Source: Octopus sinensis (taxonomy: Eukaryota). Taken from it: DNA of 64,000 bases. Of the stretch, positions 52,664 through 64,000 are shown one piece after another. Each line of letters starts with the position of its first letter. Position 1 is the stretch's first letter. Below the pieces are notes generated by a model that saw only the letters and a program-made list of their open reading frames with translations, had not been told where the DNA came from and did not search any database. The stretch is from assembly GCF_006345805.1 (NCBI RefSeq), contig NC_043011.1, positions 17,744,464-17,808,463 on the forward strand, in the 5' to 3' direction. Made by a program: the position numbers and the translations under genes.

Positions 52664-52988
52664 GGAGGTGCAATGGCCCAGTGGTTAGGACAGCGGACTC
52701 GCGGTCGTAGGATCGCGGTTTCGATTCCCAGACCGGGCGTTGTGAGTGGTCCCTGCTGTACTCTTTCACCACAACTTTCTCTTACTTCCTGTTTCTGTTG
52801 TACCTGTATTTCAAAGGGCCGGCCTTGTCACTCACTTGTGTCACGCTGAATATCCCCGAGAACTACGTTAAGGGTACACGTATCTGTGGAGTGCTCAGCC
52901 ACTTACACGATAATTTTACGAGCAGGATGTTCCGTTGATCGGATCAACCGGAACCCTCGTCGTCATAACCAACGGAGTGCTTCCATCC
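52664..52988 (+). mobile_element. SINE family C with a ~55-bp internal deletion and an 11-bp TSD
   Basis: Same head and tail as 51750; TSD acatacattcg at 52650-52660 and 52989-52999. Confidence 0.9.
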
Positions 52989-53097
52989 ACATACATTCGG
53001 CAATATTTTTGTAAGTGGACTTTGTGACACTGAGTTTGCGGTGTCATTCATCCGACTAGCGACACTCTCAAAGTGATCTAGTAAAATTATATGCATA

Positions 53098-53140
53098 AAA
53101 TTGATGTGAAAGAGTACCACAGGGATCACCACCACCCTCT
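53098..53140 (-). mobile_element. Short SINE family C fragment at the satellite's left edge
   Basis: Reverse complement ggtggtggtgatccctgtggtactctttcac matches 51885-51915. Confidence 0.7.
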
Positions 53141-56100
53141 GGACGAAAACGAGGCTCTGGAACAAAAACGAGGCGATGGAACAAAAACGAGGCTTTGGAA
53201 CGAAAACGACGCTCTGGAACGAAAACGAGGCTCTGGAACGAAAACGAGGCTCTGGAACGAAAACGTACTCTGGAACGAAAACGAGGCTGTGGAACGGAAA
53301 CGAGACTCTAGAACGAAAACGAGGCTCTGGAACGAAAACGAGGCTCTGGGACGAAAACGAGGCTTTGGAACAATAACGAGGCTTTGGAACGAAAACAAGA
53401 CGTTGGAGCAAAAACGACGCTCTGGAACGAAAACGAGGCTTCGGAACGAAAACGAGGCTTTGGAATGAAAACGAGGCTTCGGAAGAAAACGAAGATTCGG
53501 AACGAAAACGAGGCTTCGGACCGACAACGAGGCTTCGAAACGAAAACGAGGCTTTGGAACGAAAACGAGGCGTTAGACGAAAACGAGGCTGTGGAACGAA
53601 AACGAGGCGTTAGACGAAAACGAGGCTCTGGAACGAAAACAAGGCTGTGGAACGAAAACGAGGCTCTGGAAGGAAAACGAGGCTTTGTAACGAAAACGAC
53701 GCTCTGGAACGAAAACGAGGCTCTGGAACGAAAACGACGCTATGGAACGAAAACGAGGCTCTGGAACGAAAACGAAGCTGTGGAACGAAAACGAGGCTCT
53801 GGAACGAATACGAGGCTCTTGAACGAATACGAGGCTCTGGAACGAAAACGAAGCTCTGGAACGAAAACGAGGCTCTGGAACGAACACGACACGCTCTCTG
53901 AAACGAAACAAGGCTCTGGAACGATAACGAGGCTCTGGAGCGAAAACGACGCTCTGGAACGAAAACGAGGCTCTGGAACGAAAACGAGGCTGTGGAACGA
54001 AAACGAGGCTCTGGAACGAATACGAGGCTCTGGAACGAAAACGAGGCTCTGGAATGAAAACGAGGCTTTGGAACGAAAACGAGACGTTGGAGCAAAAACG
54101 ACGCTCTGGAACGAATACGAGGCTCTGGAACGAAAACGAGGCTCTGGAACGAAAACGAGGCTCTAGAACGAAAACGAGGCTCTGGAACGAAAACGAGGCT
54201 CTGGGACGAAAACGAAGCTTTGGAACAATAACGAGGCTTTGGAACGAAAACAAGACGTTGAAGCAAAAACGACGCTCTGGAATGAAAACGAGGCTTCGGA
54301 ACGAAAACGAGGCTTCGGAATGGAAACGAGCCTTCGGAAAGAAAACGAAGATTCGGAATGAAAACGAGGCTTCGGACCGACAACGAGGCTTCGAAACGAA
54401 ATCGAGGCTTTGGAACGAAAACGAGGCTTAGACGAAAACGAGCTGTGGAACGAAAACGAGGCTCTGGAACGAAACCCAGGCTGTGGAACGAAAACGAGGC
54501 TCTGGAACGAAAACGAGGCTTTGTAACGAAAACGACGATCTGGAACGAAAACGAGGCTCTGGAACGAAAACGACGCTATGGAACGAAAACGCTCTGGCGA
54601 GGCTACTGGAACGAAAACGAACCGGTGTGGAACAACGAACAGGCTCTGGAACGAATACGAGGCTCTGAACGAATACGAGGCTCTGGACGAAAACGAGGCT
54701 CTGGAACGAAAACGAGGCTCTGGAACGAACCACGACCTCTGAAACGAAAACAAGGCTCTGGAACGATAACGAGGCTCTGGAGCGAAAACGAGGCTCTGGA
54801 ACGAAAACGAGGCTCTGGAACGAAAACAAGGCTGTGGAACGAAAACGAGGCTCTGGAACGAATACGAGGCTCTGGAACGAAAACGAGGCTCTGGAATGAA
54901 AACGAGGCTTTGGAACGAAAACGAGACGTTGGAGCAAAAACGACGCTCTGGAACGAATACGAGGCTCTGGAACGAAAACGAGGCTCTGGAACGAAAACGA
55001 GGCTCTGGAACGAAAACGAGGCTCTGGGACGAAAACGAAGCTTTGGAACAATAACGAGGCTTTGGAACGAAAACAAGACGTTGAAGCAAAAACGACGCTC
55101 TGGAATGAAAACGAGGCTTCGGAACGAAAACGAGGCTTCGGAATGGAAACGAGCCTTCGGAAAGAAAACGAAGATTCGGAATGAAAACGAGGCTTCGGAC
55201 CGACAACGAGGCTTCGAAACGAAATCGAGGCTTTGGAACGAAAACGAGGCGTTAGACGAAAACGAGGCTGTGGAACGAAAACGAGGCTCTGGAACGAAAA
55301 CAAGGCTGTGGAACGAAAACGAGGCTCTGGAACGAAAACGAGGCTTTGTAACGAAAACGACGATCTGGAACGAAAACGAGGCTCTGGAACGAAAACGACG
55401 CTATGGAACGAAAACGAGGCTCTGGAACGAAAACGAAGCTGTGGAACGAAAACGAGGCTCTGGAACGAATACGAGGCTCTTGAACGAATACGAGGCTCTG
55501 GAACGAAAACGAGGCTCTAAACGAAAACGAGGCTCTGGAACGAACACGACGCTCTGAAACGAAAACAAGGCTCTGGAACGAAAACGAGGCTCTGGAGCGA
55601 AAACGAGGCTCTGGAACGAAAACGAGGCTCTGGAACGAAAACGAGGCTGTGGAACGAAAACGAGGCTCTGGAACGAATACGAGGCTCTGGAACGAAAACG
55701 AGGCTCTGGAATGAAAGCGAGTCTTTGGAACGAAAACGAGACGTTGGAGCAGAACGAACACGAGGCTCTGGAACGAAAGCGAGGCTCTGGAACGAAAACG
55801 AGGCTGTGGAACGAAAACGAGGCTCTGGAACGAAAGCGAAGCTTTGGAACGAAAACGAGTCCTTGGAACGAAAACAAGACGTCGGATCAAAAACGACGCT
55901 CTGAATGGAAAACGAGGCGTCGCTTCGAACAAACGAACGACTTCGGAAAGGAACGGCTTCGGAAAGAAAACGAATTCAACGGATCGGAAAACGAGGCTTC
56001 GCGGAAAAACGAGGCTTCGGACGAAAACGAGCCGTTTGGAACGAAAACGAGGCGTTAGACGAAAAGAGGCTGTGGAACGAAAACGAGGCTCTGGACGAAA

Positions 56101-59100
56101 ACGAGGCTTTGGAACGAAAACGAGGCTCTTGAACGAAAACGAGGCTCTGGAACGAAAACGACGCTCTGGAACGAAACGAGGCTCTGGAACGAAAACGAAG
56201 CTGTGGAAAGAAAACGAGGCTCTGGAACGAATACGAGGCTCTTCAACGAATACGAGGCTGTGGAACGAAAACGAGGCCCTGGAACAAAAACGAGGCTCTG
56301 GAACGAACACGACGCTCTGAAACGAAAACAAGGCTCTGGAACGATAAAAGAGCTCTGGAGCGAAAACGAGGCTCTGAAACGTAAACAAGGCTCTGGAACG
56401 AATACGAGGCTCTTCAACGAATACGAGGCTCTGGAACGATAACGAGGATCTGGAGCGAAAACGAGGCTCTGGAACGAAAACGAGGCTCTGGAACGAAAAC
56501 GTGGCTGTAACGAAAACGAGGCTCTGGAACGAATACGAGGCTCTGGAACGAAAACGAGGCTCTGGAATGAAAACGAGACTTTGGAACGAAAACGAGACGT
56601 TGGAGCAAAAACGACGCTCTGGAACGAATACGAGGCTCTGGAACGAAAACGAGGCTCTGGAACGAAAACGAGGCTCTGGAAGGAAAACGAGTCTCTGGGA
56701 CGAAAACGAAGCTTTGGAACAATAACGAGGCTTTGGAACGAAAACAAGACGTTGAAGCAAAAACGACGCTCTGGAATGAAAACGAGGCTTCGGAACGAAA
56801 ACGAGGCTTCGGAATGGAAACGAGCCTTCGGAAAGAAAACGAAGATTCGGAACGAAAACGAGGCTTCGGACCGACAACGAGGCTTCGAAACGAAATCGAG
56901 GCTTTGGAACGAAAACGAGGCGTTAGACGAAAACGAGGCTGTGAAACGAAAACGAGGCTCGGGAACGAAAACAAGGCTGTGGAACGAAAACGAGGCTCTG
57001 GAACGAAAACGAGGCTTTGTAACGAAAACGACGCTCTGGAACGAAAACGAGGCTCTGGAACGAAAACGACGCTATGGAACGAAAACTAGGCTCTGGAACG
57101 AAAACGAAGCTGTGGAACGAAAACGAGGCTCTGGAACGAATACGAGGCTCTTGAACGAATACGAGGCTCTGGAACGAAAACGAGGCTCTGGAACGAAAAC
57201 GAGGCTCTGGAACGAACACGACGCTCTGAAACGAAAACAAGGCTCTGGAACGATAACGAGGCTCTGGAGCGAAAACGAGGCTCTGGAACGAAAACGAGGC
57301 TCTGGAACGAAAACGAGGCTGTGGAACGAAAACGAGGCTCTGGAACGAATACGAGGCTCTGGAACGAAAACGAGGCTCTGGAATGAAAACGAGGCTTTGG
57401 AACGAAAACGAGACGTTGGAGCAAAAACGACGCTCTGGAACGAATACGAGGCTCTGGAACGAAAACGAGGCTCTGGAACGAAAACGAGGCTCTGGAACGA
57501 AAACGAGGCTCTGGGACGAAAACGAAGCTTTGGAACATTAACGAGGCTTTGGAACGAAAACAAGACGTTGGATCAAAAACGACGTTCTGGAATGGAAACG
57601 AGGCTTCGGAACGAAAACGAGGCTTCGGAATGGAAACGAGCCTTCGGAAAGAAAACGAAGATTGGGAACGAAAACGAGGCTTCGGAACGACCCGCACGAC
57701 GAGGCTTCGAAACGAAATCGAGGCTTTGGAACGAAAACGAGGCGTTAGACGAAACGAGGCTGTGAAACGAAAACGAGGCTCGGGAACGAAAACAAGGCTG
57801 TGGAACGAAAACGACGAGTGGAACGAAAACGAGGCTTTGTAACGAAAACGACGCTCTGGAACGAAAACGAGGCTCGGAACGAAAACGACGCTATGGAACG
57901 AAAACTAGGCTCTGGAACGAAAACGAAGCTGTGGAACGAAAACGCTGGCTCTGGAACGAATACGAGGCTCTTGAACGAATACGAGGCTCTGGAACGAAAA
58001 CGAGGCTCTGGAACGAAAACGAGGCTCTGGAACGAACACGACGCTCTGAAACGTAAACGAGGCTCTGGAACGAATACGAGGCTCTACAACGAATACGAGG
58101 CTCTGGAACGATAACGAGGATCTGGAGCGAAAACGAGGCTCTGGAACGAAAACGAGGCTCTGGAACGAAAACGAGGCTGTGGAACGAAAACGAGGCACTG
58201 GAACGAATACGAGGCTCTGGAACGAAAACGAGGCTCTGGAATGAAAACGAGGCTTTGGAACGAAAACGAGACGTTGGAGCAAAAACGACGCTCTGGAACG
58301 AATACGAGGCTCTGGAACGAAAACGAGGCTCTGGAACGAAAACGAGGCTCTGGAAGGAAAACGAGTCTCTGGGACGAAAACGAAGCTTTGGGACGAAAAC
58401 GAAGCTTTGGAACAATAACGAGGCTTTGGAACGAAAACAAGACGTTGAAGCAAAAACGACGCTCTGGAATGAAAACGAGGCTTCGGAACGAAAACGAGGC
58501 TTCGGAATGGAAACGAGCCTTCGGAAAGAAAACGAAGATTCGGAATGAAAACGAGGCTTCGGACCGACAACGAGGCTTCGAAACGAAATCGAGGCTTTGG
58601 AACGAAAACGAGGCGTTAGACGAAAACGAGGCTGTGGAACGAAAACGAGGCTCTGGAACGAAAACAAGGCTGTGGAACGAAAACGAGGCTCTGGAACGAA
58701 AACGAGGCTATGTAACGAAAACGACGCTCTGGAACGAAAACGAGGCTCTGGAACGAAAACGACGCTATGGAACGAAAACGAGGCTCTGGAACGAAAACGA
58801 AGCTGTGGAACGAAAACGAGGCTCTGGAACGAATACGAGGCTCTTGAACGAATACGAGGCTCTGGAACGAAAACGAGGCTCTGGAACGAAAACGAGGCTC
58901 TGGAACGAACACGACGCTCTGAAACGAAAACAAGGCTCTGGAACGATAACGAGGCTCTGGAGCGAAAACGAGGCTCTGGAACGAAAACGAGGCTCTGGAA
59001 CGAAAACGAGGCTGTGGAACGAAAACGAGGCTCTGGAACGAATACGAGGCTCTGGAACGAAAACGAGGCTCTGGAATGAAAACGAGGCTTTGGAACGAAA

Positions 59101-62100
59101 ACGAGACGTTGGAGCAAAAACGACGCTCTGGACGAATACGAGCTCTGGAACGAAAACGAGCTCTGGAACGAAAACGAGGCTCTGGAACGAAACGAGGCTC
59201 TGGGACGAAAACGAAGCTTTGGAACAATAACGAGGCTTTGGAACGAAAACAAGACGTTGGATCAAAAACGACGCTCTTGAATGAAAACGAGGCTTCGGAA
59301 CGAAAACGAGGCTTCGGAATGGAAACGAGCCTTCGGAAAGAAAACGAAGATTCGGAACGAAAACGAGGCTTCGGACCGACAACGAGGCTTCGAAACGAAA
59401 TCGAGGCTTTGGAACGAAAACGAGGCGTTAGACGAAAACGAGGCTGTGGAACGAAAACGAGGCTCTGGAACGAAAACGAGGCTTTGGAACGAAAACGAGG
59501 CTCTTGAACGAAAACGAGGCTCTGGAACGAAAACGACGCTCTGGAACGAAAACGAGGCTCTGGAACGAAAACGAAGCTGTGGAAAGAAAACGAGGCTCTG
59601 GAACGAATACGAGGCTCTTCAACGAATACGAGGCTGTGGAACGAAAACGAGGCCCTGGAACAAAAACGAGGCTCTGGAACGAACACGACGCTCTGAAACG
59701 AAAACAAGGCTCTGGAACGATAACGAGGCTCTGGAGCGAAAACGAGGCTCTGAAACGTAAACGAGGCTCTGGAACGAATACGAGGCTCTTCAACGAATAC
59801 GAGGCTGTGGAGCAAAAACGACGCTCTGGAACGAAAAGAGGCTCTGGAACGAAAACGACGCTCTGGAACGAACACGACGCTCTGAAACGAAAACAAGGCT
59901 CTGGAACGAAAACGAGGCTCTGGAACGTAAACGAGGCTCTGGAACGAAAGCGTGGTTCTGCAACGAAAACGAGGCTCCAGAACGAAAACGAGGCTCTGGA
60001 ACGGAAACGAGGCTGTGGAACGAAAACGAGGCTCTGGAACGAATACGACGTTCTCGAACGAATACGAGGCTCTGGAGCGAAAACGACGCTCTGGAACGAA
60101 AACGAGGCTCTGGAATGAAAACGAGGCTTTGGAACGAAAACGAGACGTTGGAGCAAAAACGACGCTCTGGAACGAATACGAGGCTCTGGAACGAAAACGA
60201 GGCTCTGGAACGAAAACGAGGCTCTGGAACGAAAACGAGGCTCTGGGACGAAAACGAAGCTTTGGAACATTAACGAGGCTTTGGAACGAAAACAAGACGT
60301 TGGATCAAAAACGACGCTCTGGAATGAAAACGAGGCTTCGGAACGAAAACGAGTCTTCGGAATGGAAACGAGCCTTCGGAAAGAAAACGAAGATTCGGAA
60401 CGAAAACGAGGCTTCGGACCGACAACGAGGCTTCGAAACGAAATCGAGGCTTTGGAACGAAAACGAGGCGTTAGACGAAAACGAGGCTGTGGAACGAAAA
60501 CGAGGCTCTGGAACGAAAACGAGGCTTTGGAACGAAAACGAGGCTCTTCAATGAAAACGAGGCTCTGGAACGAAAACGACGCTCTGGAACGAAAACGAGG
60601 CTCTGGAACGAAAACGAAGCTGTGGAAAGAAAACGAGGCTCTGGAACGAATACGAGGCTCTTCAACGAATACGAGGCTGTGGAACGAAAACGAGGCCCTG
60701 GAACAAAAACGAGGCTCTGGAACGAACACGACGCTCTGAAACAAAAACAAGGCTCTGGAACGATAACGAGGCTCTGGAGCGAAAACGAGGCTCTGAAACG
60801 TAAACGAGGCTCTGGAACGAATACGAGGCTCTACAACGAATACGAGGCTCTGGAACGATAACGAGGATCTGGAGCGAAAACGAGGCTCTGGAACGAAAAC
60901 GAGGCTCTGGAACGAAAACGAGGATGTGGAACGAAAATGAGGCTCTGGAACGAATACGAGGCTCTGGAATGAAAACGAGGCTTTGGAACGAAAACGAGAC
61001 GTTGGAGCAAAAACGACGCTCTGGAACGAATACGAGGCTCTGGAACGAAAACGAGGCTCTGGAACGAAAACGAGGCTCTGGAAGGAAAACGAGTCTCTGG
61101 GACGAAAACGAGCTTTGGGACGAAAACGAAGCTTTGGAACAATAACGAGGCTTTGGAACGAAAACAAGACGTTGAAGCAAAAACGACGCTCTGGAATGAA
61201 AACGAGGCTTCGGAACGAAAACGAGGCTTCGGAATGGAAACGAGCCTTCGGAAGAAAACGAAGATTCGGAATGAAAACGAGGCTTCGGACCGACAACGAG
61301 GCTTCGAAACGAAATCGAGGCTTTGGAACGAAAACGAGGCGTTAGACGAAAACGAGGCTGTGGAACGAAAACGAGGCTCTGGAACGAAAACAAGGCTGTG
61401 GAACGAAAACGAGGCTCTGGAACGAAAACGAGGCTTTGTAACGAAAACGACGCTCTGGAACGAAAACGAGGCTCTGGAACGAAAACGACGCTATGGAACG
61501 AAAACGAGGCTCTGGAACGAAAACGAAGCTGTGGAACGAAAACGAGGCTCTGGAACGAATACGAGGCTCTTGAACGAATACGAGGCTCTGGAACGAAAAC
61601 GAGGCTCTGGAACGAAAACGAGGCTCTGGAACGAACGAACACGCTCTGAAACGAAAACAAGGCTCTGGAACGATAACGAGGCTCTGGAGCGAAAACGAGG
61701 CTCTGGAACGAAAACGAGGCTCTGGAACGAAAACGAGGCTGTGGAACGAAAACGAGGCTCTGGAACGAATACGAGGCTCTGGAACGAAAACGAGGCTCTG
61801 GAATGAAAACGAGGCTTTGGAACGAAAACGAGACGTTGGAGCAAAAACGACGCTCTGGAACGAATACGAGGCTCTGGAACGAAAACGAGGCTCTGGAACG
61901 AAAACGAGGCTCTGGAACGAAAACGAGGCTCTGGGACGAAAACGAAGCTTTGGAACAATAACGAGGCTTTGGAACGAAAACAAGACGTTGGATCAAAAAC
62001 GACGCTCTTGAATGAAAACGAGGCTTCGGAACGAAAACGAGGCTTCGGAATGGAAACGAGCCTTCGGAAAGAAAACGAAGATTCGGAACGAAAACGAGGC

Positions 62101-62625
62101 TTCGGACCGACAACGAGGCTTCCAAACGAAATCGAGGCTTTGGAACGAAAACGAGGCGTTAGACGAAAACGAGGCTGTGGAACGAAAACGAGGCTCTGAA
62201 ACGAAAACGAGGCTTTGGAACGAAAACGAGGCTCTTGAACGAAAACGAGGCTCTGGAACGAAAACGACGCTCTGGAACGAAAACGAGGCTCTGGAACGAA
62301 AACGAAGCTGTGGAAAGAAAACGAGGCTCTGGAACGAATACGAGGCTCTTCTTCAACGAATACGAGGCTGTGGAACGAAAACGAGGCCCTGAACAAAAAC
62401 GAGGCTCTGGAACGAACACGAAGCTCTGAAACGAAAACAAGGCTCTGGAACGATAACGAGGCTCTGGAGCGAAAACGAGGCTCTGAAACGTAAACGAGGC
62501 TCTGGAACGAATACGAGGCTCTTCAACGAATACGAGGCTGTGGAGCAAAAACGACGCTCTGGAACGAAAAGAGGCTCTGGAACGAAAACGACGCTCTGGA
62601 ACGTAAACGAGGCTCTGGAACGAAA
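53137..62625. repeat. ~9.5-kb tandem satellite, 19-bp monomer GGAACGAAAACGAGGCTCT (~500 copies) with higher-order repeats
   Basis: Monomer read directly. The variant marker gaagattcgg recurs at 53491, 54347, 55170, ~55972, 56841, 57657, 58534, 59346, 60389, 61260 and 62077. Confidence 0.97.
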
Positions 62626-62735
62626 GGTCGGGCCCAGGCCAGACTCCCCGAGGATCGCCGCCAAGTACCGATGGTCGACACTATCAAATGCCTTAGACTG
62701 GTCTAAATGTAGCAGAACCCCCCCCCCCTGCGCCA
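62626..62735 (-). mobile_element. Tx1/L1-clade RT fragment abutting the satellite
   Basis: GAGGGVLLHLDQSKAFDSVDHRYLAAILGESGLGPTFR (LDxxKAFDxVxH RT motif). Confidence 0.75.
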
Positions 62736-62742
62736 GAAAAAC

Positions 62743-62913
62743 GGATTAAGTTGAATATATCGACTCCAGTGCGTAACTGGTACTTATTTAATCGACCCCG
62801 AAAAGATGAAAGGCGAAGTCGACCTCGGCGGAATTTGAACTCAGAACGTAACGGCAGATGAAATACGGCTACGCATTCCGCCCGGCGTACTAACGTTTCT
62901 GCCAGCTCGTGCC
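62743..62913 (-). mobile_element. SINE family A
   Basis: gtcgacctcggcggaatttgaactcagaacgtaacggcag...ttctgccagctcg. Confidence 0.85.
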
Positions 62914-64000
62914 TTTTATTTTCATGCATATTGTGCTGTTTTTATTTTCTGTTTTCAAAGAGAAACTCTTTGGAGTGCGTTCCTACTTTTTAACATGAAA
63001 ATAAAAGGGGAAACTCATTCCGTGTTAAAGCAATCCTAGAATGTATTACTTGTGTAAAGCGAAGGGTTAATGTCTTTTTAAAAATTGTATACACGATATG
63101 CGATTTTCCTGTGAGTACAAGTTTAAGATATGTTACCATTCTCTATTTTATAGCAGCAATTATAACAGTACTAGAAATGAAACTGAGAGTAAATATAACA
63201 GGCAGATGCGATACGATTCCTTACAACAGAATAAACAAGCAATATAAGAAAAAATGACAGACACTTATCTGTCAACAGTTAACTACGTATGCGTGTTTAA
63301 ATCATTTATTTTGATTGTCGAATATCAGTTATTTGCAAATGCAATATATATATGATTGCTGGACACCATCTCGATACATTTCGTCTTCGCCTTTCGTATG
63401 ATTAAAACTATATATATATATACACACACACACAATCTCACTCACAAACACATGGTCATAAACAAACACACGCATATATACATATGTATCAATGTGCGCG
63501 TGTGTGTGTACTTATATATATATATATATATATATATATACTTTCATACATTCTCTCATGTCTCATTTATGAATCTTTTTCTCTGTATACACCTTCGTGT
63601 CTTCCTAACTCTTCCTAACCAATCTTTATTCATATTTTTATATCGTTTATATTACCACCATATCCATCTTTACAACACCAACGCATTTTTTCTGTCTCTT
63701 TCTTTTTCTTTCTTTCTTTCTTTCTTTTCTCTGTCACTGAATCCTTGTCAAAGTTCACATCTCATTTCGTTTTCGTTATTCCTCAGTAATCAGCTCACAA
63801 GTTTGCAGGATGAGTTTCGTTCCGTCGTGTGCTACATTAATCAGTTCTTATAACAAAAGTGAATAACATTGTTGGGGCGAATACTAGTCAGAAACTGATA
63901 GGGAATATTTGGTCGACAAACCTACTGCAATTGGCACTCGCATTTTATTCAATCTCATTGTACTAATTAGGAAAAGAAGTGAAAACTCTATTGAATAATA

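Noticed and set aside
51750-52740. tRNA genes
   Set aside because: The tRNA-like heads continue into SINE bodies bounded by TSDs, and no complete cloverleaf forms.
54420-59200. Locally scrambled satellite units (54420-54760, 55900-56100, 57690-57950, 59100-59200) as diverged subfamilies
   Set aside because: Dominated by single-base indels typical of long-read consensus error.
53137-62625. CRISPR-like array or hammerhead-bearing satellite
   Set aside because: No unique spacers, eukaryotic context, and the monomer has GAAA-like text but no CUGANGA core or stems.
52944-62664. Long repetitive ORFs (up to 622 aa) as a real protein gene
   Set aside because: Explained by the stop-free 19-bp monomer; ORFs occur on both strands with no unique N- or C-terminus or splice context.

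Overview
AT-rich animal genomic DNA with no host protein-coding gene that I can support. The SINE families and the very high density of (TA)n, (CATA)n and (AAT)n microsatellites suggest an octopus/cephalopod genome (inference from recalled repeat families). The window is almost entirely transposon debris plus one large satellite. Contents: several Penelope-like elements (RT and GIY-YIG) and solo terminal-repeat fragments, many embedded in (TA)n; six hammerhead-ribozyme-like motifs, one with an intact canonical core, all on the minus strand; a near full-length decayed RTE LINE with three C-terminal C2H2 zinc fingers; a stack of R4/Dong-clade LINE 3' ends in (AAT)n; a Helitron RepHel N-terminal remnant; Tc1 and Tx1/L1 fragments; a MITE with 8-bp TSD and internal TTAGGG; a ~265-bp foldback; three tRNA-derived SINE families; and a ~9.5-kb satellite of a 19-bp CpG-rich monomer with ~0.81-0.88 kb and ~1.69 kb higher-order periods. 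Almost all long ORFs in the supplied track are artefacts of microsatellites or of the stop-free satellite monomer. All translations, alignments and coordinates were done by eye, so element boundaries are approximate.
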